A stretch of 64,000 nt of DNA from Malacoraja senta (GCA_038087875.1 CM075992.1:870001-934000); one strand, 5' to 3'. Shown: positions 1 to 13,450, counted from the stretch's first letter. Made by a program: numbers and translations. Notes: a model not told the origin generated them from the letters alone.

Positions 1-221
1 GGAACCTGAGGGACAACTTATTATACCTGAGGGGTATATGCTGCCAGAGGTGGCAGATGAGGCAGGTAACATAACACGACACAGTTAATTTAAATGTAAA
101 TTGACCCTAGTGTGTAGGATTGTGATTGTGTGCGGGGATCGTTGGTCGATGCGATCTCGGTGGGCCGAAGGGCCTGTTTCCGTGCTGTATCTCTAAACTA
201 AATGAAACAATATTGAAAGGA

Positions 222-445
222 TAGACACAAAATGCTGGAGTAACTCAGCGGGACAGACAGCATTTCTGGAGAGAAGGAATGGGTGACGTTTTGGGCCGAG
301 ACCCTTCAGATCAGTCCGAAGAAGCGTCTTGACCCGAAACGTCACCCATTCCTTCTCTCCAGAGATGCTGCCTGTCCCCCTGAGTTACTCCAGCATTTTG
401 TGTCCACCTTCGATATAAACCAGCATCTGCAGTTCTTTCCTACAC
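222..445. mobile_element. Representative inverted pair of Penelope-derived termini (others e.g. 973-1390, 17033-17240, 19388-19605, 32983-33165, 33857-34098, 34452-34788)
   Basis: agacacaaaatgctggagtaactcagc...cccttcaga followed by its reverse complement; same sequence ends the GIY-YIG-bearing fragments. Confidence 0.75.
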
Positions 446-772
446 AATATTTAAAAGATATTGGACAGGTACATGGATAGGAAAGGCTTAGAGGGATATG
501 AACCAAAGGTCGACCTGTCCAATAAATATCGTCTTTCCCAATGGGTCCTGTAAATGACCCCATGGGAGATGGTAGACAAAAAAGCTGGAGAAACTCAGCG
601 GGTGAGGCAGCATCTATGGAGACGATGGTGAGATGGTACCGGTACTCTGCCATGCTGTTGGGTGGGGCGGGACGTTTCTGCACTTACATTGAGCTGGTGG
701 CATGGAGGGCCTCAAATAACAAAGCTGTCCAATTGCAAAGCAAGAGCTACCGTTTTCTCCCGACTCACTCAC

Positions 773-900
773 ATCAGATCCCAGTCGAGTTTGGCTTTCT
801 CCATTTCCTTCATCAGGTACATCAGTCTTCGCTTGAAGAAGATTTCAAACCGCAGATCATCTTCAAACACGACTGACTTTTTCAATCCTCGTTCAACGAT
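773..900 (-). CDS. COLGALT1: Collagen galactosyltransferase exon 10 ([43 protein letters not shown]); gene continues left of window
   Basis: 128-bp AG/GT-bounded exon; FEDD and DWD motifs match recalled human COLGALT1 [26 protein letters not shown]. Confidence 0.9.
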
Positions 901-2191
901 CTGTGGAATAGCGGCGGGGCAGAGCGAGAGGTGTTACACCACACAACCGGAAACTAAATGCTATTACCTGCAATAGACACAAAGTGCTGGAGGAACTCAG
1001 CGGGTCAGGCAGCTTCTCTGGAGAGAAGGAATAGGTGACGTTTCACAGAATGCTGGAGTAACTCAGCGGGTCAGACAGCATCTCTGGAGAGAAGGAATGG
1101 GTGACGTTTCGGGTCGAAACCTTTCTTCAGACTGATACCTGCCACGCTTTGTCCTGCGCTTCCGCACATCAACTTTCTCTTCCAACCCTCCCTCTACAAT
1201 TAGTCTGAAGAAGGGTCCCGACCTGAAATGTCACCTATCCATGTTCTCCACAGATGCTGCCTGACCCGCTGAGTTACTCCAGCACTCTGTGAAACGTCAC
1301 CTATCCATGTTCTCCACAGATGCTGCCTGACCCGCTGAGTTACTCCAGCGCTCTGTGTAAAAGCAGTGTCTACAGTTCCTTGTTTCTACAGTGTCGGCAA
1401 ATGCTTCAACTGTGGAGGAAGAGGTGGGTTCGCAGCCTGTGGTCGTAGCCCATGTGTTTGTGGGACCATATCTCAAGGAGGACCAGGCTTTGTGGAGGTG
1501 AGACTGGCACAGGTGAACTGTACTCTCAAGAAACGCTGGTTAACACGGGGAAATGTTCTCAGAGATGGTCTTGGAGAACATTCAGTAGTATTGGTAGATA
1601 CTTTATTATCACATGTGACATGTCACAGTGGCATTCTGGATGATCAGGCATGATCATGTTGAATGGCGGTGCTGGCTCGAAGGGCCGAATGGCCTACTCC
1701 TGCACCTATTCTTCTATGTTTCTAATTGTTTGTTTTGCATACCGTACACAAAGTATGCAAAGTCTCTCCACGTACAGGGCAGCGACCATGTCACACACTA
1801 GAGCTCCAGTTCCTAATCTCCCTCTAACACACTGGGGCCCCAGTTAAACACAGCAGTGTCTTTAGTCATTCTGCCTCAGTGAGTCCCCTCATCCATGTTA
1901 CCTGTCAGAGAAATCCACTGCTCTGGGAAGGATAGGATGGATGGATAGGATAGGTTTAGAGGGATATGGACCAAATGCTGGCAGGTGGGACTAGTGTAGC
2001 TGGGACATGTTGGCCGGTGTGGGCAAGTTGGGCCGAAGGGCCTGTTTCCACGCTGTATCACTCTATGACTATGACAGCAAATATTGCTTCAGTGTCACAG
2101 AAAATGACAGCAGATAATTCACTGGGATAAGTGAACCACTACAAAAATGTACAGGTTTGTAGGTTAATTGGCTTGGTAAGTGTAAAAAAAA

Positions 2192-2838
2192 ATGGTATGT
2201 TGGACTTCATAGCAAGAGGATTTGAGTATAGGAGCAGGGAGGTTCTACTGCAGTTATACAGGGTCTTGGTGAGACCACACCTGGAGTATTGCGTACAGTT
2301 TTGGTCTCTGAGGAAGGACATTATAGCCATAGAGGGAGTGCAGAGAAGGTTCACCAGACTGATTCCTGGGATGTCAGGACTTTCATATGAAGAAAGACTG
2401 GATAGACTTGGCTTATACTCGCTAGAATTTAGGAGATTGAGAGGGGATCTTATAGAAACGTACAAAATTCTTATGGGTTGGACAGGCTAGATGCAGGAAG
2501 ATTGTTCCCGATGTTGGGGAAGTCCAGGACAAGGGGTCACAGCTTAAGGATAAGGGGGAAATCCTTTAAGACCGAGATGAGGAAAAACTTTTTCACACAG
2601 AGAGTGGTGAATCTCTGGAACTCTCTGCCACAGAGGGTAGTTGAGGCCAGTTCATTGGCTATATCTAAGAGGGAGTTAGATGTGGCCCTTGTGGCTAAAG
2701 GGATCAGGGGGTATGGAGAGAAGGCAGGTACGGGATACTGAGTTGGATGATCAGCCATGATCATATTGAATGGCGGTGCAGGCTCGAAGGGCCGAATGGC
2801 CTACTCCTGCACCTATTTTCTATGTATCTATGTATCTA
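2192..2838 (+). mobile_element. CR1/HER1-type LINE 3' fragment nested in an HE1 SINE
   Basis: RPHLEYCVQFW, LYSLEFRRLRGDLIETYKI, RVVNLWNSLP; (ctatgtat)n tail; SINE halves on both sides. Confidence 0.9.
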
Positions 2839-3016
2839 GTGGGTGTAGGATAGTGTTAATATGTGGGGATCGCTGTTCGGCGTGGAGCCGGTGGGCCGAA
2901 TCGGGGCCTGTTTCCACGCTGTATCTCTAAAGTCTTACCATGATTCAAATGAGGCCAGTGTTAGGACTGTTGAACTAAGCTGCCACAGTCTCTTGCCAAA
3001 CTCTCGGACTGCTTAC

Positions 3017-3149
3017 CTCCTTCCAGACGTTGTAGTGACTGAGAAAACAGCCCAGCTCCCCCTTGGTCAAAGGTCGCCCTGAATACGGGTCTTGGTAATC
3101 AGCCAACATCGTGATGCCCAGCGCTTTAATCTCACTGCTGTTGAAAGCT
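3017..3149 (-). CDS. COLGALT1: COLGALT1 exon 9 ([44 protein letters not shown])
   Basis: 133-bp exon, cag/gtaag boundaries; glycosyltransferase family 25 motif [15 protein letters not shown]. Confidence 0.93.
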
Positions 3150-4084
3150 CTGCCGGGTAGATTCAAGAGAAATATCTCAGGAACAATCTCCAGTTGCAGA
3201 TCAAAGTACTTCTCAGCAATACGTGACGACAGTCAGGAACATCACAATCTCACAAATGAACCCCACCAAGTCCACGCCGACCATTGATCACCCGTTCACA
3301 CTAGTTCTAAGTTATCCCACTTTCTCATTCACACCCCACACACTAGGGGCACTTTACAGCAAAGATCCTATAGACAGCAAGATAGATCACTCCTGCTAAA
3401 TGCAATGGGCTGATGTGTAGTCCGTGGAGGAGGCAACTGAAAGCGGTTCCCCACTTTTCCCCCTCACCACCTCCCACACAAGACACACCAAGAGACATTA
3501 AAACACACATTTGGACATACTAAAAAACAAAAAAAAATAGAAATGACTAACACGCTGCTGGCAGGGCAGCCGTCTCGCAGCTCCCCCACCGACCCGAACC
3601 ACCATTCAATATGATGATCATGGCTGATCATCCAGAATCAGTACCCCGTTCCTGCTTTCTCCCCATATCCCTTGATTCCGTTAGACCAAAGAACTAAATC
3701 TAACTTTCTATGAAAACATCCAGTGAATTGGCCTCCGCTGCCTTCTGTGGCAGAGAATTCCACAGATTCACAACTCTCTGGGTGAAAAGGTTTTTCCTCA
3801 TCTCAGTCCTAAATGGCCTACTCTTTATTCTTAAACTGTGACCCCTGGTTCTGGACTCCCCCAACATGGGGAACATTTTTCCTGCATCTCAGCCTGTCCA
3901 ATCCCTTAAGAATTTTATAAGCTCTGGTGTAATTCTTGTAACCTTTCTTGCAACCCCTCCAGCATAGTTTTAATAATATGGAGGCTAGAAATGTTCAACA
4001 TGTAAGCATAAGGTGCATAATAAGTTCACATAAACCTTGTGTAAACCTCTCTCAGGCAGGGTTGATTTAGTATAAAACCACTAC

Positions 4085-4191
4085 CTTCCATCGACCGCGT
4101 CAACCACTTCACTTGCGATCTCCTGCTCGTACAGCGTTCGAAGCATTCGCATTCTGCGGGTGAGGCGACGCTTTAGGTTTATCAGAAACAC
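4085..4191 (-). CDS. COLGALT1: COLGALT1 exon 8 (VFLINLKRRLTRRMRMLRTLYEQEIASEVVDAVDGR)
   Basis: 107-bp exon, tag/gtag boundaries; INLxRR..R and AVDG motifs. Confidence 0.92.
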
Positions 4192-5019
4192 CTATGGAGT
4201 TGAAAGGCAAGAACCACTCCCAAATTGTAGAGTCAAAGAGTATTTAAAAGGAGAGCATAACACAAAGTGCTGGAGGAACTCAGTAGGTCAGGCAATGTGG
4301 TGGAGCAAATAGATTGGCAACGTTTCAAGCCAGGCTGTTCTACAGACTGAGTTGAGTTTATTGTCATGTGTACCAAGGTACAGTGAAAAGCTTTTGTTGC
4401 GTGCTAACCAGTCAGCGGAAAGACAATACAGGATTACAATCTAGTGTACAAATGCATGATAATGTATAAGGTGAATAACCGTTAGTGCAAACTGCGACTG
4501 ATTATTGTGGGGGGAGGGGTGGGGGGGGGAGAAAGCTGGAAAAGAGAGAGGTGGGGGAAGGATAAAGCCCGGTGAATAGACATGAGGGTGGGTTTGAATG
4601 GCAAATGGGTGGAGTAAGTTGAAAAGAGGAGAAGTAGCTTCCAGCAGGTCACATAACTCAAGTAGACCAACCAGACACTGTTAATAAACTCGGTCTAATT
4701 TAGTTTAGTTTAGTTGAGAGATACAGCGTGGAAACAGGCCCTTCGGCCCACCGGCAATCTCCGTAAACTAGCACCATCCTACACACTAAGGACAATTCAC
4801 TATTTTTAAAACCGAATCTGAGTAACCTACAAACCTGTACGTATTTGGAGTGTGGGAGGAAACCGAAGATCCCGGAGAAATCCCACGCAGTCACGGGGAG
4901 AACGATGAATATGATGAGGGTACATTGCCCAAACAATCGGCAGTGGTTCAAAGACCATCAAACCCCCACCCCTCTTGCCTTCATCCATGTCTCAAGAGCA
5001 AGTGTAAATAAAATCTCAC

Positions 5020-5097
5020 CTCGTCGAAGCCCATCTTGTCGAGGCTTTTGGGCTGCACTGACACATACTTGGACGGCTCCATGGGGAGGATGATTCA
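5020..5097 (-). CDS. COLGALT1: COLGALT1 exon 7 (VNHPP[+1 nt]MEPSKYVSVQPKSLDKMGFDE), one extra base
   Basis: tag/gtgag boundaries; 78 bp where flanking phases require 77; matches human [26 protein letters not shown] only if one C of the CCCC run is removed. Confidence 0.85.
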
Positions 5098-6625
5098 CTA
5101 AAACAGAGAGAGAGAGAGAGAGCATCAGAACCCACAGCACCCACCCTGGAGATCAGACTCACAGAGTCCTAGTGCACCTCTTCTGGAGCGGAGACAGTTT
5201 ATGTTGATTATCGGCATGTGTACCGAGGTACAGGGAAAAGCTTTGTTTTGCATGTTATCCGAACAGATCAGATTTTTATTTTTAGTTACAGCGTGGAAAC
5301 AGGCCCTTCGGCCCACCGAGTCCACGCTGACCAGCGATCCCCGCACATTAACACTATCCTAGTAAGGATAATTTACAATTAAAACAAGCCATTTAAATTA
5401 CAAGCCCGTACATCTTTGGAGTGTGGGGGTAAACCGGAGCACCCGGAGAAAACCCACGCAGGTCATGAGGAGAACGTACAAACGCCGTACAGACAAGCAC
5501 CTGCGTCCCTGGCGCCGAAAGGTAGCAACTCGACCACTGCGCCACCGTGCCGCTCATATACCACACATAGATACAATCAGTTCAAACATAACAACACTGG
5601 ATAGAGCAATAGGGAAGATACAGTAGCCAATCTGTCTACTGCGACTGGGCCAACCCTCTGGAAAAGTTTTCTTAACTTGTCCCATTCCTGATCCTAAATA
5701 AACCACTCAATTTTAAGTATCACTTCAAAGCTTACTGTGGAATCTGCTTCTGCCATCAAGGTTTAGAGGGACACGAGCCAAATGCAGGCAGATGGGACTA
5801 AGCTAAGGAAGACACGTTGGTGGATAAAGATGAGTTGGGCTGAAGGGGCTGTTTCCGTTTCTCGGGCAGGGCGTTTCAGATTATAACATCCCTCTCCGGA
5901 GAAGTGTGACCCCCGTCTCTCTCCCAACTCTCTGCAGTTGGTTTAAGTGGGCTTCCCACAATGTAAACATGTGACAGAGCTCGCACACCTGAACACAACC
6001 ACAACGTCAACACAGCCAAATGCAAAAACCTTATGTTGGAATTGGCAATGCAAGCTCCACTTTGCGGCCAGCCTTAAAGACAGATGAGGACACCAAGTGC
6101 TGGAGTAACTCAGCGGGTCACCACACCTCTGACTAGAGCTGCTCAGCAAGTACATAAGTGATAGGAGCAGAATGAGGCCATTTGGCCCAAGCCTACTCTG
6201 CCATTCAATCATGGCTGATCTATCTCTCCCTAACCCCATTCTCCTGCCTTCTCCCCATAACCCCTGACACCCATAGTAATCAAGAATCTATCTATCTCTG
6301 CCTTAATAAATATCCACAGACTTGGCCTCCACAACCTGCTGTGGCAATAAATTCCACAGATTCACCACCCTCTGACTAAAGAAATTCCTGTGCAGGAAGG
6401 AACAGCAGATGCTGGTTTAAATCAAAGGTAGACACAAAATGCTGGAGTAACTCAGCGGGACAGGCAGCATCTCTGGAGAGAAGGAATGGGTGACGTTTCG
6501 GGTCAAGACCCTTCTTCAGAAATTCCTCCTCATCTCCTTCCTAAAGGAATGTCCTTTAATTCTGAAGCTGCGCCCTCTGGTCCTAGACTCTCCCGCTAGT
6601 AAACGAGTTGAAGTGAATGACCTAC

Positions 6626-6745
6626 CCATGACCTCCAGCTGGACGTGAATGAAGCTGTCCACCTCGTCCTGCATGGAGCTGCTCGACTTCAGCGGCACCT
6701 GCAGGAAGCCAAAGTGCTCCTTGTTACTGATGTACATCTGGACAC
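6626..6745 (-). CDS. COLGALT1: COLGALT1 exon 6 ([39 protein letters not shown])
   Basis: 120-bp exon, cag/gtagg boundaries, phase-compatible with neighbours. Confidence 0.92.
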
Positions 6746-7034
6746 CTGGAACACAGGTAAGCAGCAGTCATCACTACAGTTACATTCACAAACTACATGT
6801 TGGATCAATACTGCCTGCAAATTGAATTGATTACTTTATTGTTACATGTGACGAGTCACGGTGAAATTCTTTGCTTGCACACCCGAGGTATGCAAATAGT
6901 CGACACATAAAGGGGGCTGACAAAGTTATAAATTCCCCCACCCCCGCGCTAGGTCCCCTTTTGTTCTTCCTCCCCTCCCGCACCCTCACAGCAGTCCTCA
7001 CATGCCGGGTTCTCCATTGTCCCTGGTTTAGTGG

Positions 7035-7690
7035 GCAATAGACAATAGGTGCAGAAGTAGGCCATTCGGCCCTTCGAGCCCGCACCGCCATTCAATGTGA
7101 TCATGGCTGATCATCCCCAATCAGTACCCCATTCCTGCCTTCTCACCATATCCCCTGACTCCGCTATCTTTAAGACCCCTATCTAGCTCTCTCTTGAAAG
7201 CATCCAAAGAACCTGCCTCCACCGACCTCTGAGGCAGAGAATTCCACAGACTCACCACTCTCTGTGAGGAAAAAGTGTTTCCTCGTCTCCGTTCTAAATG
7301 GCTTACTCCTTATTCTTAAACTGTGGCCCCTGGTTCTGGACTCCCCCAACATTGGGAACATGTTTCCTGCCTCTAGCGTGTCCAAGCCCTTAACAATCTT
7401 GTATGTTTCAATGAGATTCCCTCTCATCCTTCTAAACTCCAGAGTGTACAAGCCCAGCTGCTCCATTCTCTCAGCCTATGACAGTCCCGCCATCCCGGGA
7501 ATTAACCTTGAAAACCTACTCTGCACTCCCTCAATAGCAAGAATGTCCTTCCTCAAATTAGGGGACCAAAACTGCACACAATACTCCAGGTGTGGTATCA
7601 CTAGGGCTCTGTACAACTGCAGAAGGACCTCTTTGCTCCTATATTCGATTCCTCTTGTTATAAACGCCAACATGACTCGCTTTCTTCACT
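7035..7690 (-). mobile_element. CR1/HER1-type LINE 3' fragment
   Basis: PHLEYCVQFWSP, LEFRRMRGNLIETYKI on minus strand; (caataga)n tail. Confidence 0.9.
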
Positions 7691-8155
7691 GCCTGGGCAG
7701 GTAGGACTAGGGTTGATGGGGCATCTTAGGCTGAAGGGCCTGTTTCCGTGCTGTATGACTATCTACAATTGCATCAGCAATCCGCTCACCCATAGTTCTC
7801 AGCACAGAAACGTTTTGAATGTCAAACGTAACCGTGGTGAAGAGAAGGGTACAAATTGGAGGCTGTGCCTGGTGTAGGTGAGGTGAGAATCTGAGGGGGT
7901 GTTGATGGGATGTAGGGAGAGTAATATAGGATTAGTGTAAAATCTTGCCTGGATCATTACGTAAAAGAATAGGTGACGTTTTGGGTCTTCAGATCTGAAG
8001 ACGGGTCCCGACCCGAAACGTCACCTGTCCATATTCTCCAGAGATGCTGCCTGACCCGCTGGAGTTACTCCAGGACTTTGTGTCTTTCCAAGCCAACTGT
8101 GTGTCCAGTTAGGTTCAGGTGAGAGGGGATATATTCAATAGGAATGGCAGCTTAC

Positions 8156-8360
8156 CTGCTTGCCTGCACGAAAAGGCGAAGACAATGATATCATCAAAGG
8201 ACCAGGTGTAGTCCGGGTGTGGGGGGTAAAACGCCAGTTGGTTGGAGGCTTCTTTGCGAAGATCAATCAGCATTGTGGAGTGAACCATGACCACCGGGAA
8301 ACATCCCAGCCTGTCCCGCTTCCGTATAGGAGGGTAGGCTGGAGTCCGTTTGTAATAGCC
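8156..8360 (-). CDS. COLGALT1: COLGALT1 exon 5 ([68 protein letters not shown])
   Basis: 205-bp exon, cag/gtaag boundaries; very similar to recalled human COLGALT1. Confidence 0.94.
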
Positions 8361-9368
8361 CTGCAGACCAAAGTAGGTTCATGAGGGGGGACCTCATTGA
8401 AACTTACCAAATAGTGAAAAACCTGGATAGAGTGGATGTGGAGAGGATGTTTCCACTAGTGGGAGAGTCTAGGACCAGAGGGCACAGCCTCTGAATTAAA
8501 GGATGCTCCTTTAGGAAGGAGATGAGGATGAATTTCTTTCGGTGGTGAATCTGTGTAACTCATTGCCACAGAAGGCTGTGGAGGCCAAGTCAATGGATAT
8601 TTTAATGCAGAGATAAATAGATTCTTGATTAGTACAGGTGTCAGGGGTTATGAGGAGAAGGCAGGAGAATGGGGCGAGGAGGGAGAGATAGATCAGCCAT
8701 GATTGAATGGCAGAGTAGACGATGGGCCGAATGGCCTAATTCTGCTCCTATCACCTAATGTCCTTAAGTACATTGGACAGGGAAATGTTTAGAGGGATAT
8801 GGGTCAAACGTGGGCAGGTGGGAGCAGTGTATGTGAGGTCTTGGTCATCATGGACAAGTTGGGATGAAGGATCTGTTTCAATGCTGTATGACCCTGTGAC
8901 TCTATACCTGCATCAGCAACTTAGCTTATCTGCAGTTCTCAGCACAGAAATGTATTAGATGCCAAATGTGACTGTGGAGGAGGGAACAAGAGAAGGGTAT
9001 TAATTGGAGAGCTCTTAAAGAGCCTTACAGCGCTTGCAACGCCAAAGACCCGGTTTGATCACGACTACGGGTGCTGTCTGTACGGAGTTTGAACGTTCTC
9101 CCCGTGACCTGTGTGGGTTTCTCCGGGTGCTTCAGTTCCTCCCACACTCCAAAGCCGTGCAGGTCTGTAGGTTAAATGGCTTGGGTTTGTATACTTGGTA
9201 TAAGTGTAAACTGTTCCCTAATGTGTGCAGGCTGGTGTCAGTGTGCGGGGATCGGCGCGGACTCGGTGGGCGAAGGGCCTGTTTCCGCGCTGTAGCTCAA
9301 AACTAACCGGTTCATAAAACAGAAGTAAAAAACAAAGCAGTTTTGTTTACACACCAGCCCAGCCTTAC

Positions 9369-9503
9369 CTCAGCGGTCATTCCACACCAGAAATTGGAAT
9401 AAGCGGAGCGCGAGTCCAACATCGGAGAAACAACCGTTTTATTCTCGGCTATGAGTAGAGTCAGGGTGTTTGGATTGGTCAGGTAGTTATCTGCATCTAC
9501 AAA
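9369..9503 (-). CDS. COLGALT1: COLGALT1 exon 4 ([45 protein letters not shown])
   Basis: 135-bp exon, aag/gtaag boundaries; DxD motif DAD and YSNFWCG. Confidence 0.93.
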
Positions 9504-10780
9504 CTTAACGGAAACAAGAGCATCACAAAGGGTAGTGGCAGAGGGCAGGTAACCAGCTGTGAGTTGCACTGTGTATACACATGTGTCAATGGCCAGAACG
9601 CTCCCCAGAGCTGGGCAGAGAGAGGTTGAGGCACTGCCTGTAAACCAGAGGGTCAGCTGGGCAACACTCCCAAAGTGTAATGATGAGGGGTTGTTGCAAC
9701 CACCGGAAGATTCACAGACAATTCAACACCTGAGGCTTGTTCTGCCATCTAGAGGGATCCATTTTGGTTCCAACCTCTCACCCCAAAACTATCAATAATC
9801 ACAAAATGCTGGAGTAACTCAGCGAGACAGGCAGCGTCTCTGGAGAGATGCCACCCATTCCTTCTTTCCTTCTCTCTAGAGATGCTGCCTGTCCCGCGGG
9901 GTTACTGCAGTATTTCATGTCTATCCTTGGTGTACAACCAGCATCTGCAGTTCCTTCCTACAACTATCTATCACTCCCAACTTCCATTCACTACTCCCAT
10001 TCCACCAGATTCAAAGCATTCTGTGGGGAAGATCCAGACATCCAGGGCCGTTTGTGTGTTAAGGTGCTTCGTGCTGGATAGAGAAGAATTTGGTTCTAAC
10101 CAAGGTTACGTCCACTTTTCAGGACTATCTCACCGGAGGAAATGCATGATGCCGACTCTATCCAATCCTCACACAGCTGAAGCAATACTAGGCAGTGAGC
10201 TGCTTTCAGTTCCAGACCAGCTCGATGCTCATCTAAGCTTCCAGATAGATACAAATTGCTGGATTAACTCAGCGGGACAGGCAGCATCTCTGGAGAGAAG
10301 TAATGGGTGACATTTCGGGTGGAGACCTTCTTCAGGCTGGAGTCAGGTGAGTGGAAAAACTAGAGATATGGAAAGGGTACAAAGAGCATGTAAGGTGTGA
10401 AGAGGACAGATCAAAGCAGACGATGTTCAAGGAAATATGGAATGGTTCATTGTTGGCTATGGGGAAGGTGACAACGAGGTATACAAACAGTCAAATTAAT
10501 CAGGAGGACAGTGAGAACTAGAGTGGGGAGGGACAGAGAGAGAGAGAGAGAGAGGAAAGCAAGATTTCCCAGAGTGGCAGGAGAATCTTCATTCATATTC
10601 AAGTCCTGCGGTAGCTCCAAAGATATTTCCAATCTCAGTGTTTCTGGACATCAGCTAACCAACGGGCAGGGGATAATAGGCTCCCCCAGACAGTCCACAT
10701 TCCATCTCCACAATTATAATACGGGTAGAAGGTGATGGGAATGAGTGAGGCTGGATAATAGGAGATTTGATTTGAAGTCT

Positions 10781-12287
10781 GGATGATGCTGGACAGACTG
10801 AAGCCAGGGAAAGCAGTGGGGCCTGATGACACCAGCCCAAGGCTACTGAAGACCTGCTCTTCAGAGCTGTGTGGTATTCTAACACACCTGTTCAACCTGA
10901 GCTTGCGTCTACAGAAGGTTCCAAGGCTGTGGAAAACATCTTGCCTGGTACCTGTCCCAAGAAGACCCATCCCACTCACCACAATGACTACAGACCAGTA
11001 GCGCTCACTTCACATATTATGAAGACATTTGAGAGACTTGTCCTTTCCTACATCAGGACTAGTGTGTCAAATCAAATGGATCCTTTACAGTTTGCATATC
11101 AGCCTAACATCAGTGTCGATGATGCCCTCATTTACATGCTGCAGAGGGTGTACACACATTTGGACACTACTGATGCATCTGTAAGGATTACATTTTTTGA
11201 CTTTTCAAGCGCCTTCATAACACAATTCAGCCCCGATTGCTAGGGGAGAAGATGGAGAAGATGAAAGTGGATCCATCACTGGTACTGTGGTGTTTGGATT
11301 ACCTTTCCTCAGACCACAGTACGTGCGCCTACAGAACAACCATGTCTCAAGCACCATCTTGAGCAGCACAGGGCTCCACAGGAACTGTGCTCGCTCCATT
11401 CCTGTTTACCATCTACACAGCGGATCTCCGATATAACACCAACAGCTGCTTTTTGCAGAAGTTTTCGGATGACACAGCTGTTGTCGGCCTCATTAAAGGG
11501 GGCAATGAGGAGGAGTACAGAGACATAATAAGTAACTTTGTGGAGTGGAGTGCACTCAATAACCTCCATCTTAACACCAAAAACCAAGGAGATAGTGTGG
11601 ACTTCAGGAGGGGAGGAGGGAAGACTCAAGCAACACCAATCACCATTAAGGGCACTACCACAGGTACCTAGGTGTGCAGCTTGATAGGGAGCTGGACTGG
11701 AAGTGTCATATGGAGGCGGTGTACAGGAAGGGACAAAGCCGACTGTATTTTTTAAGAGCTGAGGTCATTTAACATCTGCCAACCCCTACTGTGCAGTGTC
11801 TACCATTCAGTGGTGGCCAGTGCTCTGTTTTTGCGGTGGCCTGTTGGGGAGATGGCGCTCGCATAACGGACAAAAACAGACTGGACAAACTGATCAGGAA
11901 GGCCGGCTCAGTGGTCGGGGCTGAGCAACGAACGGTCCAGCAGGTGGCAGAGGCCAGACCTCTGAAAAACTGGGTTCTATAATGACCAACGCAACTCACC
12001 CACTCCATGCCCTGAAGGTGATCAAGAGCAGCATCTTCAGTCAGAGACTGATTGCACCAATGTGCAAAACGGAGAGACATAGGAAGTCCTGTTTACCAGC
12101 TGCGATAAGGTTATATAATGCGCATAAATAACTGCACTTTTTTTAAATTAATTGTATTTTAACTTGTATTTTAACTTGTTAAGTATGGAAGCTATTTGTG
12201 GTGTTATGTCTATCTTGAAGCTGTCGTGGCATTGTAATTTCCTGCAAAGGATTATTAAAGGTATAATCAAATCAATCAAATCAAATC
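10781..12287 (+). mobile_element. 5'-truncated, frameshifted Rex1/Babar-type LINE (RT region)
   Basis: KAVGPD, NDYRPVALTSHIMKTFERL, QFAYQ, FFDFSSAF, PQGTVL-type, KFSDD motifs spread over frames; (aatca)n tail; possible aagtct target duplication. Confidence 0.88.
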
Positions 12288-12782
12288 AAGTCTCACCTGA
12301 GTTTTGGCACTTCTAGTTGTGCAGCACTGTGACGATTGGCTTAGGATCTTGCAGGCTGCTGTCAGACTCAACCCTACCAGTGTCTCATTCAGTGCTGCCT
12401 GCAATTCTATGGATGGTGTCTCTTGTGAACAAAACAAATTTCACAGAGCGACACACAAAAAGCTGGAGTAACTCAGCGGACAGGCAGCCTCTCTCTCGGG
12501 AGAGGAGGAATGGGTGACTGAGAAGAAGGGTATCGACCCGAAACGTCACACATTCCTTCTCTCCCGAGAGGCTGCCTGTCCCGCTGAGTTATTCCAGCTT
12601 TTGGTGTCTATCTTTGATTTAGCCCAGCATCTGCGGTTCTTTCCTACACAAACTCTCACAGAGCTCCAGCACTCTACCAATGTACAACCAATTGTCCGTT
12701 AAACAGCACCACCAATTAACACCAAATCAACTTCCAGGGATTTGCTCCCACACTATTTGCTTTCCACCGCGACTGTCCTTAC

Positions 12783-12900
12783 CAAAATGTAATCGGCCAA
12801 CCGCTCCCTGGCCGACTTCAGCGCTGCTTGTCGTAGCTTCATCACGTACTCGTATCTGGAGTCTGGCCAGTGCTTTGGCCCAGTCTCATCGGGGTAAGAT
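12783..12900 (-). CDS. COLGALT1: COLGALT1 exon 3 ([39 protein letters not shown])
   Basis: 118-bp exon, cag/gtaag boundaries. Confidence 0.93.
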
Positions 12901-13159
12901 CTGGAACCCAACATTGCAAAGAATACACAGGACATTAGGAGCCAGCATACCAACCATGTTTCACAACACTGAACAGATGACCAAGTCTTCCACAATCTTG
13001 CCCACAATGCCCACACATCTACCTCCCTTTCAGTCCCCACCCTGCAGTTAATTCATTGGAAGCATTAACCAATCCACTTCTACTCTACCCATTGGTTCCC
13101 CAAATTCAGAGCTAGTTACTGGATCATTTTAGCATTGGCATCAGCTAAGACTTCAGAGC

Positions 13160-13450
13160 GGCATGGTGGCGCAGCGGTAGAGATGCTGCGTTACAGCGCC
13201 AGAGACTTAGGTTTGATCCCGACTATGGGTGCTGTCTGTATGGACTTTGTACGTTCTCTCTCAGACCACACGGGTACTCCGGGTGCTCCGGTTTTCTCCC
13301 ACATTCCAAAGACGTGAAAGTTTGTAGATTAATTGGCTTGTGTAAATTGTCCCGAGTGTGTAGGATAAAACTAGTGTACGGGTGATCGTTGGGCCGCACG
13401 GACCCGGTGGGCCGAAGGGCCTGTTTCCGCGCTGTATCTCTAAATCGAAA
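13160..13450 (+). mobile_element. HE1-type tRNA-derived V-SINE (representative of ~20 copies, e.g. 15390-15685, 27790-28092, 28845-29160, 37015-37320, 49418-49720)
   Basis: tRNA-like head ggtggcgcagcggtagag, V-domain-like tttgtacgttctc..., CR1-shared tail gggccgaagggcctgtttcc...tgtatctctaaa. Confidence 0.85.

Noticed and set aside
13160..13230. tRNA-like sequences at SINE heads
   Set aside because: No complete cloverleaf; they continue into SINE body and tail.
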